Below the pieces are notes generated by a model. The model was not told the origin of the DNA. It made no database searches and saw only the letters and a program-made list of their open reading frames with translations. This document shows, in pieces, positions 9,985-19,322 of a stretch of DNA of 64,000 nucleotides. Source of the stretch: an uncultured Acidobacteriota bacterium (GTDB taxonomy: Bacteria; Acidobacteriota; Vicinamibacteria; Fen-336); contig OY970399.1 of NCBI GenBank assembly GCA_963720545.1, positions 1,696,001-1,760,000 of the forward strand, written 5' to 3'. Both the position numbers and the translations under genes were made by a program. How positions within the stretch are numbered: the stretch's first letter is position 1; every line of letters starts with the position of its first letter.

Positions 9985-10033
9985 TTGACGATAGTCGATA
10001 TATCTGATATTAATATTCGATATCGAATGTCAA
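9985..10033 (+). promoter_or_regulatory. Sigma70-like promoter with palindromic operator
   Basis: TTGACG (9985), AT-rich -10 region, perfect palindrome ATTCGATATCGAAT (10015-10028), TTGAC...GTCAA flanks. Confidence 0.55.
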
Positions 10034-10047
10034 CAAGGTGGTGAATC

Positions 10048-10575
10048 ATGTCGAGTCCGGCTCGGGAATCGAAAGCGCTGCCCATCGCCTATGTGGCGCT
10101 TCGGATCCTCGTCGTCCTGAACTGGCTGGGAGGCGCTGCGATCTTCGCCCTCCTGGTCGCAATGCCCACGAGGCGATGGATCTTGAGTTCTTTCGCGATG
10201 TCTCCGGGACCTGAAGCGGATCGCGTGGTCTTTGGCTTGCGCTCGATCGCGGCGCTCGGCCTTGCTGCGATTCCGATCAACCACGTCGTCCTCAAGCGGC
10301 TGCTTTCGATCGTCGAGACGGTCCGCTCGGGCGACCCGTTCGTCGGCGCGAACGCAGCCCGTTTGCAGACGGTCGGCTGGGCGCTGCTCGCGCTGCAGCT
10401 TCTCAGCATCGTCATCGGCTCGATCGCCAGCTCCGTCTCCAGCCCGGCGCACCCGCTCCACATCGATGCCGGCTTCTCGATCGACGGTTGGCTTGCCGTG
10501 CTCCTGACGTTCCTGCTGGCGCGCGTGTTCGCGGAAGGCGCGCTCATGCGCGAAGACCTCGCGGGAACGGTCTGA
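10048..10575 (+). CDS. DUF2975 membrane protein
   Basis: About 4 TM segments, GDPF..NA.RL and ARVF.EG..MREDL.GTV; typical pairing with a small HTH gene. Confidence 0.85.
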   Translation: MSSPARESKALPIAYVALRILVVLNWLGGAAIFALLVAMPTRRWILSSFAMSPGPEADRVVFGLRSIAALGLAAIPINHVVLKRLLSIVETVRSGDPFVGANAARLQTVGWALLALQLLSIVIGSIASSVSSPAHPLHIDAGFSIDGWLAVLLTFLLARVFAEGALMREDLAGTV

Positions 10576-10576
10576 C

Positions 10577-10792
10577 GTGGCAATCACCGTCAAGCTCGAC
10601 GACCTTCTCCACGAGAGGCGAATGACCTTGACCGAACTCGCGGATCAGGTCGGAATGGCTTTGGCCAACCTCTCGATCCTGAAGACCGGGAAAGCGCGAG
10701 CGATCCGCTTCTCAACGCTCGAAGCCATCTGCAAGGCGCTGTCATGCCAGCCCGGCGACATGCTCCGCTTCGAGCCGGAGGAGAACCAATGA
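10577..10792 (+). CDS. XRE/Cro HTH regulator (YozG-like)
   Basis: LTELADQVGMALANLSILKTGKARAIRFSTLEAIC..L.CQPGD. Confidence 0.92.
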   Translation: MAITVKLDDLLHERRMTLTELADQVGMALANLSILKTGKARAIRFSTLEAICKALSCQPGDMLRFEPEENQ

Positions 10793-10814
10793 AGACTCCA
10801 CTCGCAGCCTGACG

Positions 10815-12224
10815 TTACTGCGCTGCCACCTTCCAGTGGCCGGTCGCCTGATCGATCGTGATGCGGGTCGAGAAGCGCTGGGAAGCCTTCGCGACCTGAT
10901 TCAGGATCGCCTGGCCTCGTGCCCCGACCGCCACGCGCGGGGTTCCGCGTTGGGCCCGTCCGTCTCCGGACAGGAACGGGCCCGTATTGCCGAGCTCAAT
11001 GGGCAGGATCTCGATCGACTCGACGTCGTGACCCCGGAAGTGAGACAGGACGACCGCGCCATCCCACCAGTGGGCATTCTCGGGCAACAGGCTGTAGTCC
11101 GCGCCCTGTCCTTTCGGGTCGTACAAATCGCCCTCGAGCGCCAGCGGTGAGCCAACGCCGAACTCATCGTAGATGTCCTGGCTCTGGGGCGTCGTCGTCT
11201 CATATTGGAAGACGAAGTCGCCGAGGCTGTAGAAGATGGGCTTGCCCTTGTAGATCTCTATGCCGCGGAGCCGGTGGGGTCCGTGCACGATGAAGCTGGT
11301 GGCGCCCGCGTCCACGATCCGGTGTGCGACGTCGATCAGCCAGTCGGGAGGATCGTCGACCGTGGCCCCGCCCTCGTGGGAGTGGGTGGTGACGAGGACG
11401 AAGTCGGCCTGGCGTGCCGCGCTCCGCACGTTGCGCAGGATCCGCTCCACATCTTCATCGCGGGGCTGTTCGCGACGGCGCGTCTTGTCGGCCGGCACGA
11501 AGGTCTGGCCGAAAGCGCGCACGGAACTCGGTGGCTTCCCTGCCTCCTCCTTGGTGTGGAGGCTCGTGAGCAGTTCCCGCAGACTCTTCATGCCCTTGGC
11601 GTCCAGCTCGTAGCTCACATCCAGGCGCAAGGGGTTGAGCCCGGGCCGCCCTTGTACCTCGCCGCGCACTGAACCGGCGCGCAGAAAATCGTTGAACGTG
11701 CTGGCGAAGCTGATGAGCGCGACCCGGCCATTCCTGGTTTCGAAATACCTGGGCTGGCTCGCCATGCCCAGGTTGCGATCGACGCCGGCGTGCACGAGCC
11801 CGATCTCGTCCAGCGTCGCGTTGGTCGCCAGCATGCCCTCGATTCCGTAATCGCCCGAGTGGTTGTTGGCCCGCGACACCACGTCGAAACCCGCCCACTT
11901 CAAGGACAGCGCCACCTCCGGTTCGCCGCGCTCGTAGCCACCGCCGCTGCTGGCGGCCGGCCAGCCCTTGAACTCGGAGAAGCGGAACACCTGGCACTCC
12001 AGGTTGGTGAACGCCACGTCGGCGCCGCGCACCGCTTCGACCCAGCGAAGGAAGAGCGGATCGTCGAAGATGCGAAGGTCGCGGGTGATGAGCGAGTCGC
12101 CCGTGGCCGCGAGGGTCCATTCGTGCTTCGGGTCCATCTGCGCGACGGCCGGCGAGGCGATGAGAAGGATGAAGGCCGCGTGGGCGACGGCGCCGAGCGT
12201 GGTTTGTCCGGGCCGCCGCGTCAC
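10815..12224 (-). CDS. CapA/PGA_cap family metalloenzyme, exported
   Basis: TGD, FTNLE, ANNHSGDYG, HSHE, HGPH..GIEIY.GKPIFYSLG; signal peptide; GTGA overlap with the upstream stop. Confidence 0.88.
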   Translation of the reverse strand: MTRRPGQTTLGAVAHAAFILLIASPAVAQMDPKHEWTLAATGDSLITRDLRIFDDPLFLRWVEAVRGADVAFTNLECQVFRFSEFKGWPAASSGGGYERGEPEVALSLKWAGFDVVSRANNHSGDYGIEGMLATNATLDEIGLVHAGVDRNLGMASQPRYFETRNGRVALISFASTFNDFLRAGSVRGEVQGRPGLNPLRLDVSYELDAKGMKSLRELLTSLHTKEEAGKPPSSVRAFGQTFVPADKTRRREQPRDEDVERILRNVRSAARQADFVLVTTHSHEGGATVDDPPDWLIDVAHRIVDAGATSFIVHGPHRLRGIEIYKGKPIFYSLGDFVFQYETTTPQSQDIYDEFGVGSPLALEGDLYDPKGQGADYSLLPENAHWWDGAVVLSHFRGHDVESIEILPIELGNTGPFLSGDGRAQRGTPRVAVGARGQAILNQVAKASQRFSTRITIDQATGHWKVAAQ

Positions 12225-13957
12225 GGCTTCGCCGCCGCTGCGGCCGGGCTGGGCCGCGCCCGGTAGCCGGGTCCTCTCACCACCATCCCCGGCCGTGCCG
12301 CGGTGATCTTGCCGTCGTCCACGACCACCTTGCCATTCACCAGCACGTACGGGATCCCCGCTGCGAATTGATGCGGCTTCTCATAGGTGGATCGCTCCGC
12401 GATCGTCGCCGGGTCGAAGATCACGACGTCGGCATAAAAGCCCGGGTACAGAAGGCCGCGATCCCGAATCCCCAGGCGTTCTGCGGACAGCGAGGTCGCC
12501 TTGCGCACCGCGTCCTCCAGCGTCAGCAGGCCGAGCTTGCGAACGTACTCCTCGAAAATCCGAGGAAAGCTGCCGTACGCCCGCGGGTGGACTAGGCCGT
12601 TCGACAAGGGACCATCCGGCGCGACGCTCTGCCCGTCGGTCCCGAACCCGACCCATGGCCGGGGCATCGCGTAGCGCAGGTCGTCCTCGTTCGTGATGAG
12701 CACCGTATCGCCGGCGTCGCCGGCGAGGATGATGTCGAGCACCAGGTCGCGCGGGTCCTTTTTCTCGGCTTCCGCCGCCTCGGCCAGGGTCTTGCCCTGG
12801 TATTTCTCCGCGACGGCGTTGCCTCGGGCGTCGGTGATCGAGAAGCCCGCGGGCCCACCGCCGGCGCCCAGGTACTCGTTCTCCCATTCTGCTCCGGGCG
12901 TCGCGAACTCGGTCTTGATGCGCTCGCGTGTCGCCGGATCCTTCAGCCGCCCGACAATTGCCTCGCGGCCGCCTTCCTGCGCCCAGGGCGGCAGCAACGG
13001 CGTGAACGACCCGCCGGCCCGCACGTAGGGGTAGAGGTCCGCTGTGATGTCGAGGCCCTCCTTCCGAGCAGCCTCGATCCTGGCGACGATCTGAGGCATC
13101 CGGCCCCAGTTCTGCTGGTAGGTCACCTTGAAATGCGTCACGTGCGCCGGGATGTGCGCCTCGCGCGCAATGCGGAACACCTCTTCAATGGCGCTCTCGA
13201 CGTGATCGCTTTCGCTGCGGATGTGCGACTGGTAGTAGCCCCCGTACTCGGACGCTACCTTGGCCATCTCTATCAGCTCTTCGGTCCGGTTGTAGCGATC
13301 CGGTGAGTACATGAGCGCCGAGTACAGCCCCATAGCGCCGTCCTGCATCGCCCCGCGGACGATGGCCTTCATCTGCTCGAGCTCGTTTTTGCTCGCCGGC
13401 CGGTCGGCGTGGCCGATCACCATCTCGCGCGGATTCAGGGTGCCGATGTGGGTGGCGAAATTGACGGTGGGGGGCGTGCGCTCGAGGCGGCGGAAGTAGT
13501 CGCCGAGGGTGCGCCAGTCGGGTTTGATGCCGAGGCGCTCGTACTCGTCGCGACGAGCGGCGAGAAAAGCTTCGTTCACCGGCGCGATCGACTCGCCCTC
13601 ACCCTCGACCTCAAGGGTGATGCCTTGGGTCACCTTGCTGGCCGCACGGCCGTCGACAAGGAGCTTCCAGGAGGCGTGGCTGTGCATGTCGACGAAGCCT
13701 GGACACACCACCCGGCTGGCGGCGTCGATCCGGCGCGCTGCCTTCGCCTTCGAGAGGTCGCCGATCGCGGCGATGCGCTTGCCGCGGATGCCCACGTCGC
13801 CCCGGAACCAGGGATTGCCGGTGCCGTCGACGATATGGCCTCCCGAAATCACGAGATCGAACGGCGGGTCCACAGGCGCCGGCGTGGCAGCCGCTACCGC
13901 CGTCAGCGACAGGGCGAGTAGGGATAGACGTCCGTTACGGGTCCAGCCTCTCGACAT
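12221..13957 (-). CDS. N-acyl-D-amino-acid deacylase (D-aminoacylase), exported
   Basis: GGHIVDGTG, PGFVDMHSH, SHIRSE, THFK, DLYPY, GTDG, HPRAYGSFPR; GGAGG RBS; signal peptide. Confidence 0.9.
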   Translation of the reverse strand: MSRGWTRNGRLSLLALSLTAVAAATPAPVDPPFDLVISGGHIVDGTGNPWFRGDVGIRGKRIAAIGDLSKAKAARRIDAASRVVCPGFVDMHSHASWKLLVDGRAASKVTQGITLEVEGEGESIAPVNEAFLAARRDEYERLGIKPDWRTLGDYFRRLERTPPTVNFATHIGTLNPREMVIGHADRPASKNELEQMKAIVRGAMQDGAMGLYSALMYSPDRYNRTEELIEMAKVASEYGGYYQSHIRSESDHVESAIEEVFRIAREAHIPAHVTHFKVTYQQNWGRMPQIVARIEAARKEGLDITADLYPYVRAGGSFTPLLPPWAQEGGREAIVGRLKDPATRERIKTEFATPGAEWENEYLGAGGGPAGFSITDARGNAVAEKYQGKTLAEAAEAEKKDPRDLVLDIILAGDAGDTVLITNEDDLRYAMPRPWVGFGTDGQSVAPDGPLSNGLVHPRAYGSFPRIFEEYVRKLGLLTLEDAVRKATSLSAERLGIRDRGLLYPGFYADVVIFDPATIAERSTYEKPHQFAAGIPYVLVNGKVVVDDGKITAARPGMVVRGPGYRARPSPAAAAAKP

Positions 13958-13983
13958 CGAAACCTCCGTATCGCGTGCGGGCC

Positions 13984-16752
13984 CTAGTAGTCGACCTTGG
14001 CTCCCAGCATCAAGCGGCGAGGCGCGAGCACGTCTTTCGGCGCATGGTAGATATCGGATGTGGCCAGGTCGCTGCGGAAGGCGGTCGCAACGTTGCCGTT
14101 GAACACGTTCAGGAGGTTCGCGATCAACGAAAGACGGGCATCGCCCTTCCCCAGGTTGAAGTCCTTCTGCAGCCTCAGGTTCAGGACGTCGATGTTCTCG
14201 AAGCGCCGGTCGCTGGCTCGCGGCAGTGTCTGGACGGTGCTGTTGAGTCCGGTCTCCTCGATGCGCACCTGCCGCTGCGTCGGGTAGCCCGTGAGATAGG
14301 ACCAGTCGGCAGCCAGGGTCATGCCCAACGGAAGTCCCGCGTAGAGGAACTGGGTCTTGGCCAGTATCCGGCGGTCGCGAAAGGCCAGGCCGTCCGAGTT
14401 GATGTAGTTGTTCGGATCGCGGCCGTACTCGCGGAAGTTGAGCTGGGCGGTGCTGCCGAAGATGTGGTCGCTCGTCGCCTTCTGCACGGTGAGGGCGGTG
14501 GTGAGCTGCCACTTCGAGGCCATCCGCTTGGTGGCGGTCACGGTGAACGCATTCACGTCCGCTTTCGTGTCGCGGCCAGTGGTCAGCAGGAACCGGCGCG
14601 CGCCGCGATCGTTCTGGAGCTGCAATACGTTGAAGGTGCGCCCGGACGCGTCGACTCCAACGTCGTCCACATAGGGCACCGGCGCATAGATGCCCCCCAC
14701 GTCTTCCCAGTTGCTGAGGTGGCGGCCGCGTTTCATCACGAACGTGGCGGCGACGTTCAGTGTCTTGAAAAGCTCGTGTTCGAGGCTGAGAGTGAACTGA
14801 TCGGTCCGCGCCGGTTTCAGGTCCGGATCGACGGCGGCGTTCGACGGCGTGCTGTTCACCACGATGTTTTCAAACTGGCCGGTCACGAAGTTCCAATCGC
14901 CGAGCAGGCTCTGCACGCGGGTCGGCGAGGTGGCGGCGCTCCACTCTCCGGTGTTCCCGGCGCGGTAATAACGCCCGTAGTGTCCCTTGAGGACGGTCTT
15001 CCCATCGCGGGAGAGCTTGAGGTTGAAGCCGATCCGCGGCGCCACGGTGTTCCAGTTGTAGACGTCGGAACCCTTGACGATCTCGCTCGTTGCGTTGCCG
15101 AGCTCGTCCGACACGGGCTGGTCGGTGAACCTCGCCTTGGTGTTGTCGTAGCGCAGCCCGGCGTTGAGTTGGAGGCGCTCACCCACCTGCACGGAGTCGT
15201 CGGCGAATGCGCCCACCGTCTTCACGGTGCCACCGTAGAAGTAGGGCTGGTAGTCGTAGCCGTACCCGGTGATGGAATCGGAGCTGTAAACACGATCGTT
15301 TACGCCATAAATGCCGTCGACCGGTGCGTTCGAATACTGGATGCCGAACTTGAAGTCGTGGCCCGCGCCAAGGAACTCGTCGGCGTGATGCGACAGCTTC
15401 GCGTTTATCGAAGTGCGACTCGTTTCGTACTCATACCAGCCGAAGATCGCGCCGCTGGCGTCGCCCGTCTCGAGGTTCTCGAAGCGGGTTCCCACCACCC
15501 GCTTGCCGCCGCCAGCGCCGCAGCACTTGTGGTCGACGTAGTAGCCCGCGTACTGCGCTTCGAGCAGCGTGTTGCTGTTGAGGGCGCCGCTGTAGGCAAC
15601 GCTCGTCGTCGTCGTATGGCGGCCGGTTCCCTCGGCGGTCTCGGGGGCCTGTCCCGGGAAGCGCCCCTCGTCGTGCTGGGCCACGTCGTAGTTAACGACG
15701 CCGGTCAGCTGGTGCCCCGGCTGCAACTGGAAGTTGAGTTTTCCGAGGTAGTGATCGAGTTGATCGTTGCCCGCCTGGTCGGCGGGCACCGTGGGCTGGG
15801 CAGACGAGTCGCGGAGCCGTTCGTACGACGTGAAGAACCACATCCTGTCCTTGATGATCGGACCTCCGAGCTGCGCCGTGAAGTTGCGATAGTGCAGCCG
15901 GGTGAAAGGATTGCCGTCGTCGATGTCCTGGGTCGTGTTGCGGGAAGTCAGGCCGTCACTTTGATAGTAGAAGGCGGCGCCGCCGCGAAAGCGATTCGTG
16001 CCCTGGCGCGTGACGACGTTGAAGACGGCGCCCTCATGGTCACCGTACTCCGCGGGCGCGCCGAGCGACAGGACCTCGATCTGCTCGATCGTGTCGATGC
16101 TGGGCTGGACCAGTGTTGTCGCGTTGCCGTTGAAATGGTCCGTGACGTTGACGCCGTCCAGCTGATAGAGGTTCTGGTCCACGTTGCTGCCGAACGATGC
16201 CGGCTGCAGTCGCGTCCCGTCCGGCGCCGGATCGACGCCGGGCGCGTTGGCCAGGATGTCCATGTAGCTCTTGCGTTCGTTCGGAGCGCCGGCGATCCAG
16301 TCGCGGTCGTAGGTCGTCTCGACCTTGGCCGAGGTGGTGTCCACCACTTCCTCGCTGGCTTTCACCGTGATCGCCTCGACCTGGCCCGCGAGCTTCAGGG
16401 TCACATCCTCGGTAATCGTGGCGCCGACACGAACCCGGACGTCCGTGCGCTTCGTCGTGCCGAAGCTGGCCAGGGTGAAGGTCAGCTCGTAAGTCCCCGG
16501 CGGCAGGGAATTGAAGCGGTACTGGCCGCGCTCGTCGGTGGTGAAAGTGTGAACACCCATCACGCGGTCGCCGGCAAGCTCGACCCGGACACCGGGGAGC
16601 GTGGCACCCGATTCGTCCTTCACGGCGCCGACGACCCGGCCGGTGGATGCGACCTGGGAGCGGGCCGGAGCTGCCGTCACCGTGATGAGGGCGAGGGCGA
16701 CGAGCGTTGCCGTCCTCGAGCTGCTCCAACGGGCCTGCTGACTTCTCGACAT
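13984..16752 (-). CDS. TonB-dependent receptor (Oar-like, with N-terminal carboxypeptidase-regulatory-like domain)
   Basis: G.V.DESGA.LPGV, N.YQLDG, AEYG..GAVFNVVTRQGTN, LGGPIIKDRMWFF, APRIGF, C-terminal aromatic beta-strand. Confidence 0.92.
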   Translation of the reverse strand: MSRSQQARWSSSRTATLVALALITVTAAPARSQVASTGRVVGAVKDESGATLPGVRVELAGDRVMGVHTFTTDERGQYRFNSLPPGTYELTFTLASFGTTKRTDVRVRVGATITEDVTLKLAGQVEAITVKASEEVVDTTSAKVETTYDRDWIAGAPNERKSYMDILANAPGVDPAPDGTRLQPASFGSNVDQNLYQLDGVNVTDHFNGNATTLVQPSIDTIEQIEVLSLGAPAEYGDHEGAVFNVVTRQGTNRFRGGAAFYYQSDGLTSRNTTQDIDDGNPFTRLHYRNFTAQLGGPIIKDRMWFFTSYERLRDSSAQPTVPADQAGNDQLDHYLGKLNFQLQPGHQLTGVVNYDVAQHDEGRFPGQAPETAEGTGRHTTTTSVAYSGALNSNTLLEAQYAGYYVDHKCCGAGGGKRVVGTRFENLETGDASGAIFGWYEYETSRTSINAKLSHHADEFLGAGHDFKFGIQYSNAPVDGIYGVNDRVYSSDSITGYGYDYQPYFYGGTVKTVGAFADDSVQVGERLQLNAGLRYDNTKARFTDQPVSDELGNATSEIVKGSDVYNWNTVAPRIGFNLKLSRDGKTVLKGHYGRYYRAGNTGEWSAATSPTRVQSLLGDWNFVTGQFENIVVNSTPSNAAVDPDLKPARTDQFTLSLEHELFKTLNVAATFVMKRGRHLSNWEDVGGIYAPVPYVDDVGVDASGRTFNVLQLQNDRGARRFLLTTGRDTKADVNAFTVTATKRMASKWQLTTALTVQKATSDHIFGSTAQLNFREYGRDPNNYINSDGLAFRDRRILAKTQFLYAGLPLGMTLAADWSYLTGYPTQRQVRIEETGLNSTVQTLPRASDRRFENIDVLNLRLQKDFNLGKGDARLSLIANLLNVFNGNVATAFRSDLATSDIYHAPKDVLAPRRLMLGAKVDY

Positions 16753-16811
16753 GACACCCTCCTAGGCAAGGGAAGGAACGAGCGGGCCGCACGGCGAGTC
16801 CTTGTTCGGAT

Positions 16812-16947
16812 GAACACGTGAACAATAATCTGTGAGAGCAATCGCTGTCAAGCACTGTGAACACGCCTACAAACTCTGCCGGACCCTGGTCCTGCCGAGC
16901 GAAAGGCGTTGACAGGAAATGGTGTTCACGCTATTGTTCACATGTTC
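16812..16947. promoter_or_regulatory. Divergent sigma70 promoters with mirrored operators
   Basis: Plus strand TTGACA(16909)-17-TATTGT; minus strand TTGACA(16851)-18-TATTGT; GAACAYGTGAACAATA inverted copies at 16812-16827 and 16932-16947. Confidence 0.7.
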
Positions 16948-16985
16948 TCGTTCATTGCAGCCGAGCAGTCGCCTCGAGGAGATCG

Positions 16986-17018
16986 ATGCTCATGACGGCC
17001 CATCGGGCAGAGCAGTGA
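16986..17018 (+). CDS. Putative 10-aa leader ORF (MLMTAHRAEQ)
   Basis: GAGGAG RBS at 16976-16981; its TGA overlaps the GTG (17015) of the next gene. Confidence 0.35.
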   Translation: MLMTAHRAEQ

Positions 17019-18169
17019 CGACCACGACCGCCGCGGCGAAGGGCTCGATCTTCGAACGCCTGGGCGTCAAGCCGGTGATCAACGCCTGCGGCGTCTACAC
17101 CGACCTCGGCGGCTCGGTGCTCTCCCCGGGCGCCTGGGCGGCCATGGCCGAGGTCAATGGCTCCTTCGTCAGCATGATCGAGCTGCTCGACCGCACCGGC
17201 GCGATCCTCGCCGCGAAGGTCGGCGCCCAGGCGGCGCGGGTCACCCCGGGCGCGTCGGCCGCCATCGCCCTGGGAACGGCCGCCTGCCTCACCGGCACCG
17301 ATGGCGAGCTGGGCCAGCAGCTGCCGGATACCACCGGCCTCAGCAGGACCGAGGTGCTGATCCAGCACGGCCATCGTTATAAATACGATCGCTGCGCACG
17401 GCTTGCGGGCGCGAAGCTCCGCGCCGTGAGTGCCGAGACCCTCGACCAGCTGAGCTCCGCCATCAGACCGGAGACTGCCGCCATCCTGCATCCGGCTCAT
17501 CTGGACGGGCGGCCGGGCACGGTGCGCCTCGCGGATGTGTCTCGCATCGCCCGCTCCAAAGGCGTGCCAGTGTTCGTGGACGCTGCCTATGCGAACGACC
17601 CTCCCGAGCGCATGCGGACCTTCGTCGCCGACGGGGCCGACCTCGTGTGCTTCAGCGCCAAATATTTCGGCGGTCCCAACGCGGGAGGCTTCATCGCGGG
17701 CCGCGCCGACCTCATTGCCGCGGTCACCAGCGCCGACTTCACGCGTTACGAATCGGGGAAGTACCTGAAATTCGGCCGCGCCTTCAAGCTCGATCGCCAG
17801 ATCGTGGTGGCAGTGGTGGCCACTCTCGAGGAGTGGTTTGCCATGGACCACGCGGCGCGCTGGGCGGGCTACAGGAAAAAAGCCGAATTCCTGGTCGCGA
17901 ACCTCGCCGGGGTCCCGGGGATCAAGGCGTCGGCCGAATGGTTCACGATGGATGAGCGGCTCGTGACCGAGCGCGCGAACTGCGCCGCGATCCGCTTCCT
18001 GCCCGGCTCCCGGCACACGGCCGCCTCGGCTTCCGCCGCGCTGCTGGCGGGCGATCCGAAGATCGCCACGGTGGTGCTGGGTGACGTGCTCGTCGCCGGC
18101 GTGGATTCGGTCCTCGACGGACAGGAGGAATTCCTGGGGCGCGAACTGCGGCGCGTCCTGTCGAACTGA
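17015..18169 (+). CDS. SelA-like/DgaE-like PLP-dependent enzyme
   Basis: LGVKPVINACG.YT.LGGS, VTPGASAAI, VDAA, FSAKYFGGP (PLP lysine); start is uncertain. Confidence 0.82.
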   Translation: MTTTTAAAKGSIFERLGVKPVINACGVYTDLGGSVLSPGAWAAMAEVNGSFVSMIELLDRTGAILAAKVGAQAARVTPGASAAIALGTAACLTGTDGELGQQLPDTTGLSRTEVLIQHGHRYKYDRCARLAGAKLRAVSAETLDQLSSAIRPETAAILHPAHLDGRPGTVRLADVSRIARSKGVPVFVDAAYANDPPERMRTFVADGADLVCFSAKYFGGPNAGGFIAGRADLIAAVTSADFTRYESGKYLKFGRAFKLDRQIVVAVVATLEEWFAMDHAARWAGYRKKAEFLVANLAGVPGIKASAEWFTMDERLVTERANCAAIRFLPGSRHTAASASAALLAGDPKIATVVLGDVLVAGVDSVLDGQEEFLGRELRRVLSN

Positions 18170-18193
18170 CAGCTACATTCGAAGAGGTGGCGA

Positions 18194-19306
18194 ATGGCGA
18201 TGATGGGTCGGCTGCTTTGTCTACTGGTTGCGTCCTCGGCAGCTGCTTCGGCCGCGCCGCTTCCCGACCTGCACACGGTCGTGGTGAAGCCCGGCGCGGG
18301 CGTGCGGCTCGACCAATACATGAACGCCCTCACCGCGGCGGGCTTCAGCGGCACGCTGCTGGTGGCGAAGGACGGCGAGATCCTGATCCACAAGGGCTAC
18401 GGAATGGCCGATCGCGAGCGCAAGATCCCGTGCGGCCCTGACACGGTCTTCGACATCGGCTCGATCACCAAGCAGTTCACGTCCGCCGCCATCCTGCGGC
18501 TCGAGATGGCCGGGAAACTCAGCACCACCGATCGTCTCGACAAGTACTTCCCCGACGCCCCGAAGGACAAGGCCGGCATCACCCTCCATCAGTTGCTGAC
18601 CCACACCTCCGGCCTGGACCATGGCTATGGTGAGGACACCGACTACGCGCCGCGCGACCTTGCGATCAGCGTGTTCATGAAGATGCCGCTGATGACGCCG
18701 CCGGGGAAACAGTACCGCTACTCGAACTCGGGCTTCAGCATCCTGACCGCGATCATCGAGAAGGTCACAGGCGGCAGCTACGAGAAATACCTCGCCGACA
18801 CCTTCTTCGCTCCTGCCGGGATGACGCAGACCGGCTACGTGCTGCCCGCCTGGAACATGGACCACATGACGCGCAACTACAGCGGCGAGAAGGACAACGG
18901 ATTCACCTTCAACCGCAGCTGGGGGCCCGAGGGTCCGTACTGGCACTGCTACGGCAACGGCTGCATCTTGAGCACCACCGGCGACATCTACCGCTGGGAG
19001 CAGTCGCTGCAGAACAACGTCGCGCTGTCGGCCGAGGCGCGCCGCAAGCTGTGGACACCGTACGTGGCGGTCGATGGAGAAGGCAAGGGCTCGTACGCCT
19101 ACGGCTGGCGCGTCGGCAAGACCGATCGCGGCACGTCCTACATCGGCCACGGCGGCGGCTCGGACTTCGGGGTGTGGTGCCTCTTCTTCCGCTTCCCGGA
19201 AGACCACCTGCTCGTGGTGTTGTTCTCCAACCAGAGCCCGGTCCCTGGTGGCGACAGTCAGGCGGATTTCGCCGCCCGGCTCTCGGCCGTGGCGGTCGGG
19301 CAGTAA
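18194..19306 (+). CDS. Beta-lactamase-family serine hydrolase (S12), exported
   Basis: SITK, LLTHTSGL, YSN, HGG; signal peptide. Confidence 0.9.
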   Translation: MAMMGRLLCLLVASSAAASAAPLPDLHTVVVKPGAGVRLDQYMNALTAAGFSGTLLVAKDGEILIHKGYGMADRERKIPCGPDTVFDIGSITKQFTSAAILRLEMAGKLSTTDRLDKYFPDAPKDKAGITLHQLLTHTSGLDHGYGEDTDYAPRDLAISVFMKMPLMTPPGKQYRYSNSGFSILTAIIEKVTGGSYEKYLADTFFAPAGMTQTGYVLPAWNMDHMTRNYSGEKDNGFTFNRSWGPEGPYWHCYGNGCILSTTGDIYRWEQSLQNNVALSAEARRKLWTPYVAVDGEGKGSYAYGWRVGKTDRGTSYIGHGGGSDFGVWCLFFRFPEDHLLVVLFSNQSPVPGGDSQADFAARLSAVAVGQ

Positions 19307-19322
19307 CGACGGCGCGCGCCGG

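Noticed and set aside
10815..12224. Poly-gamma-glutamate capsule biosynthesis
   Set aside because: No capB/capC ligase genes in the window, and the context is catabolic
13958..14512. N-terminal extension of the 763-aa ORF suggesting a fusion (similar cases at 20214-20693, 42130-42549, 44121-44744, 48726-49523)
   Set aside because: Low-complexity open frames overlapping neighbouring genes; RBS- or overlap-supported starts lie downstream
13975..16821. Long antisense ORFs (948 aa here; also 3122-4885, 6233-8113, 42609-44789, 45727-47706, 52590-54641, 57365-59233)
   Set aside because: Shadow frames of well-supported opposite-strand genes in GC-rich DNA, with no recognisable motifs
17015..18169. 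True selenocysteine synthase SelA
   Set aside because: Shorter than SelA, apparently lacks the N-terminal tRNA-binding region, and no selB/selD nearby
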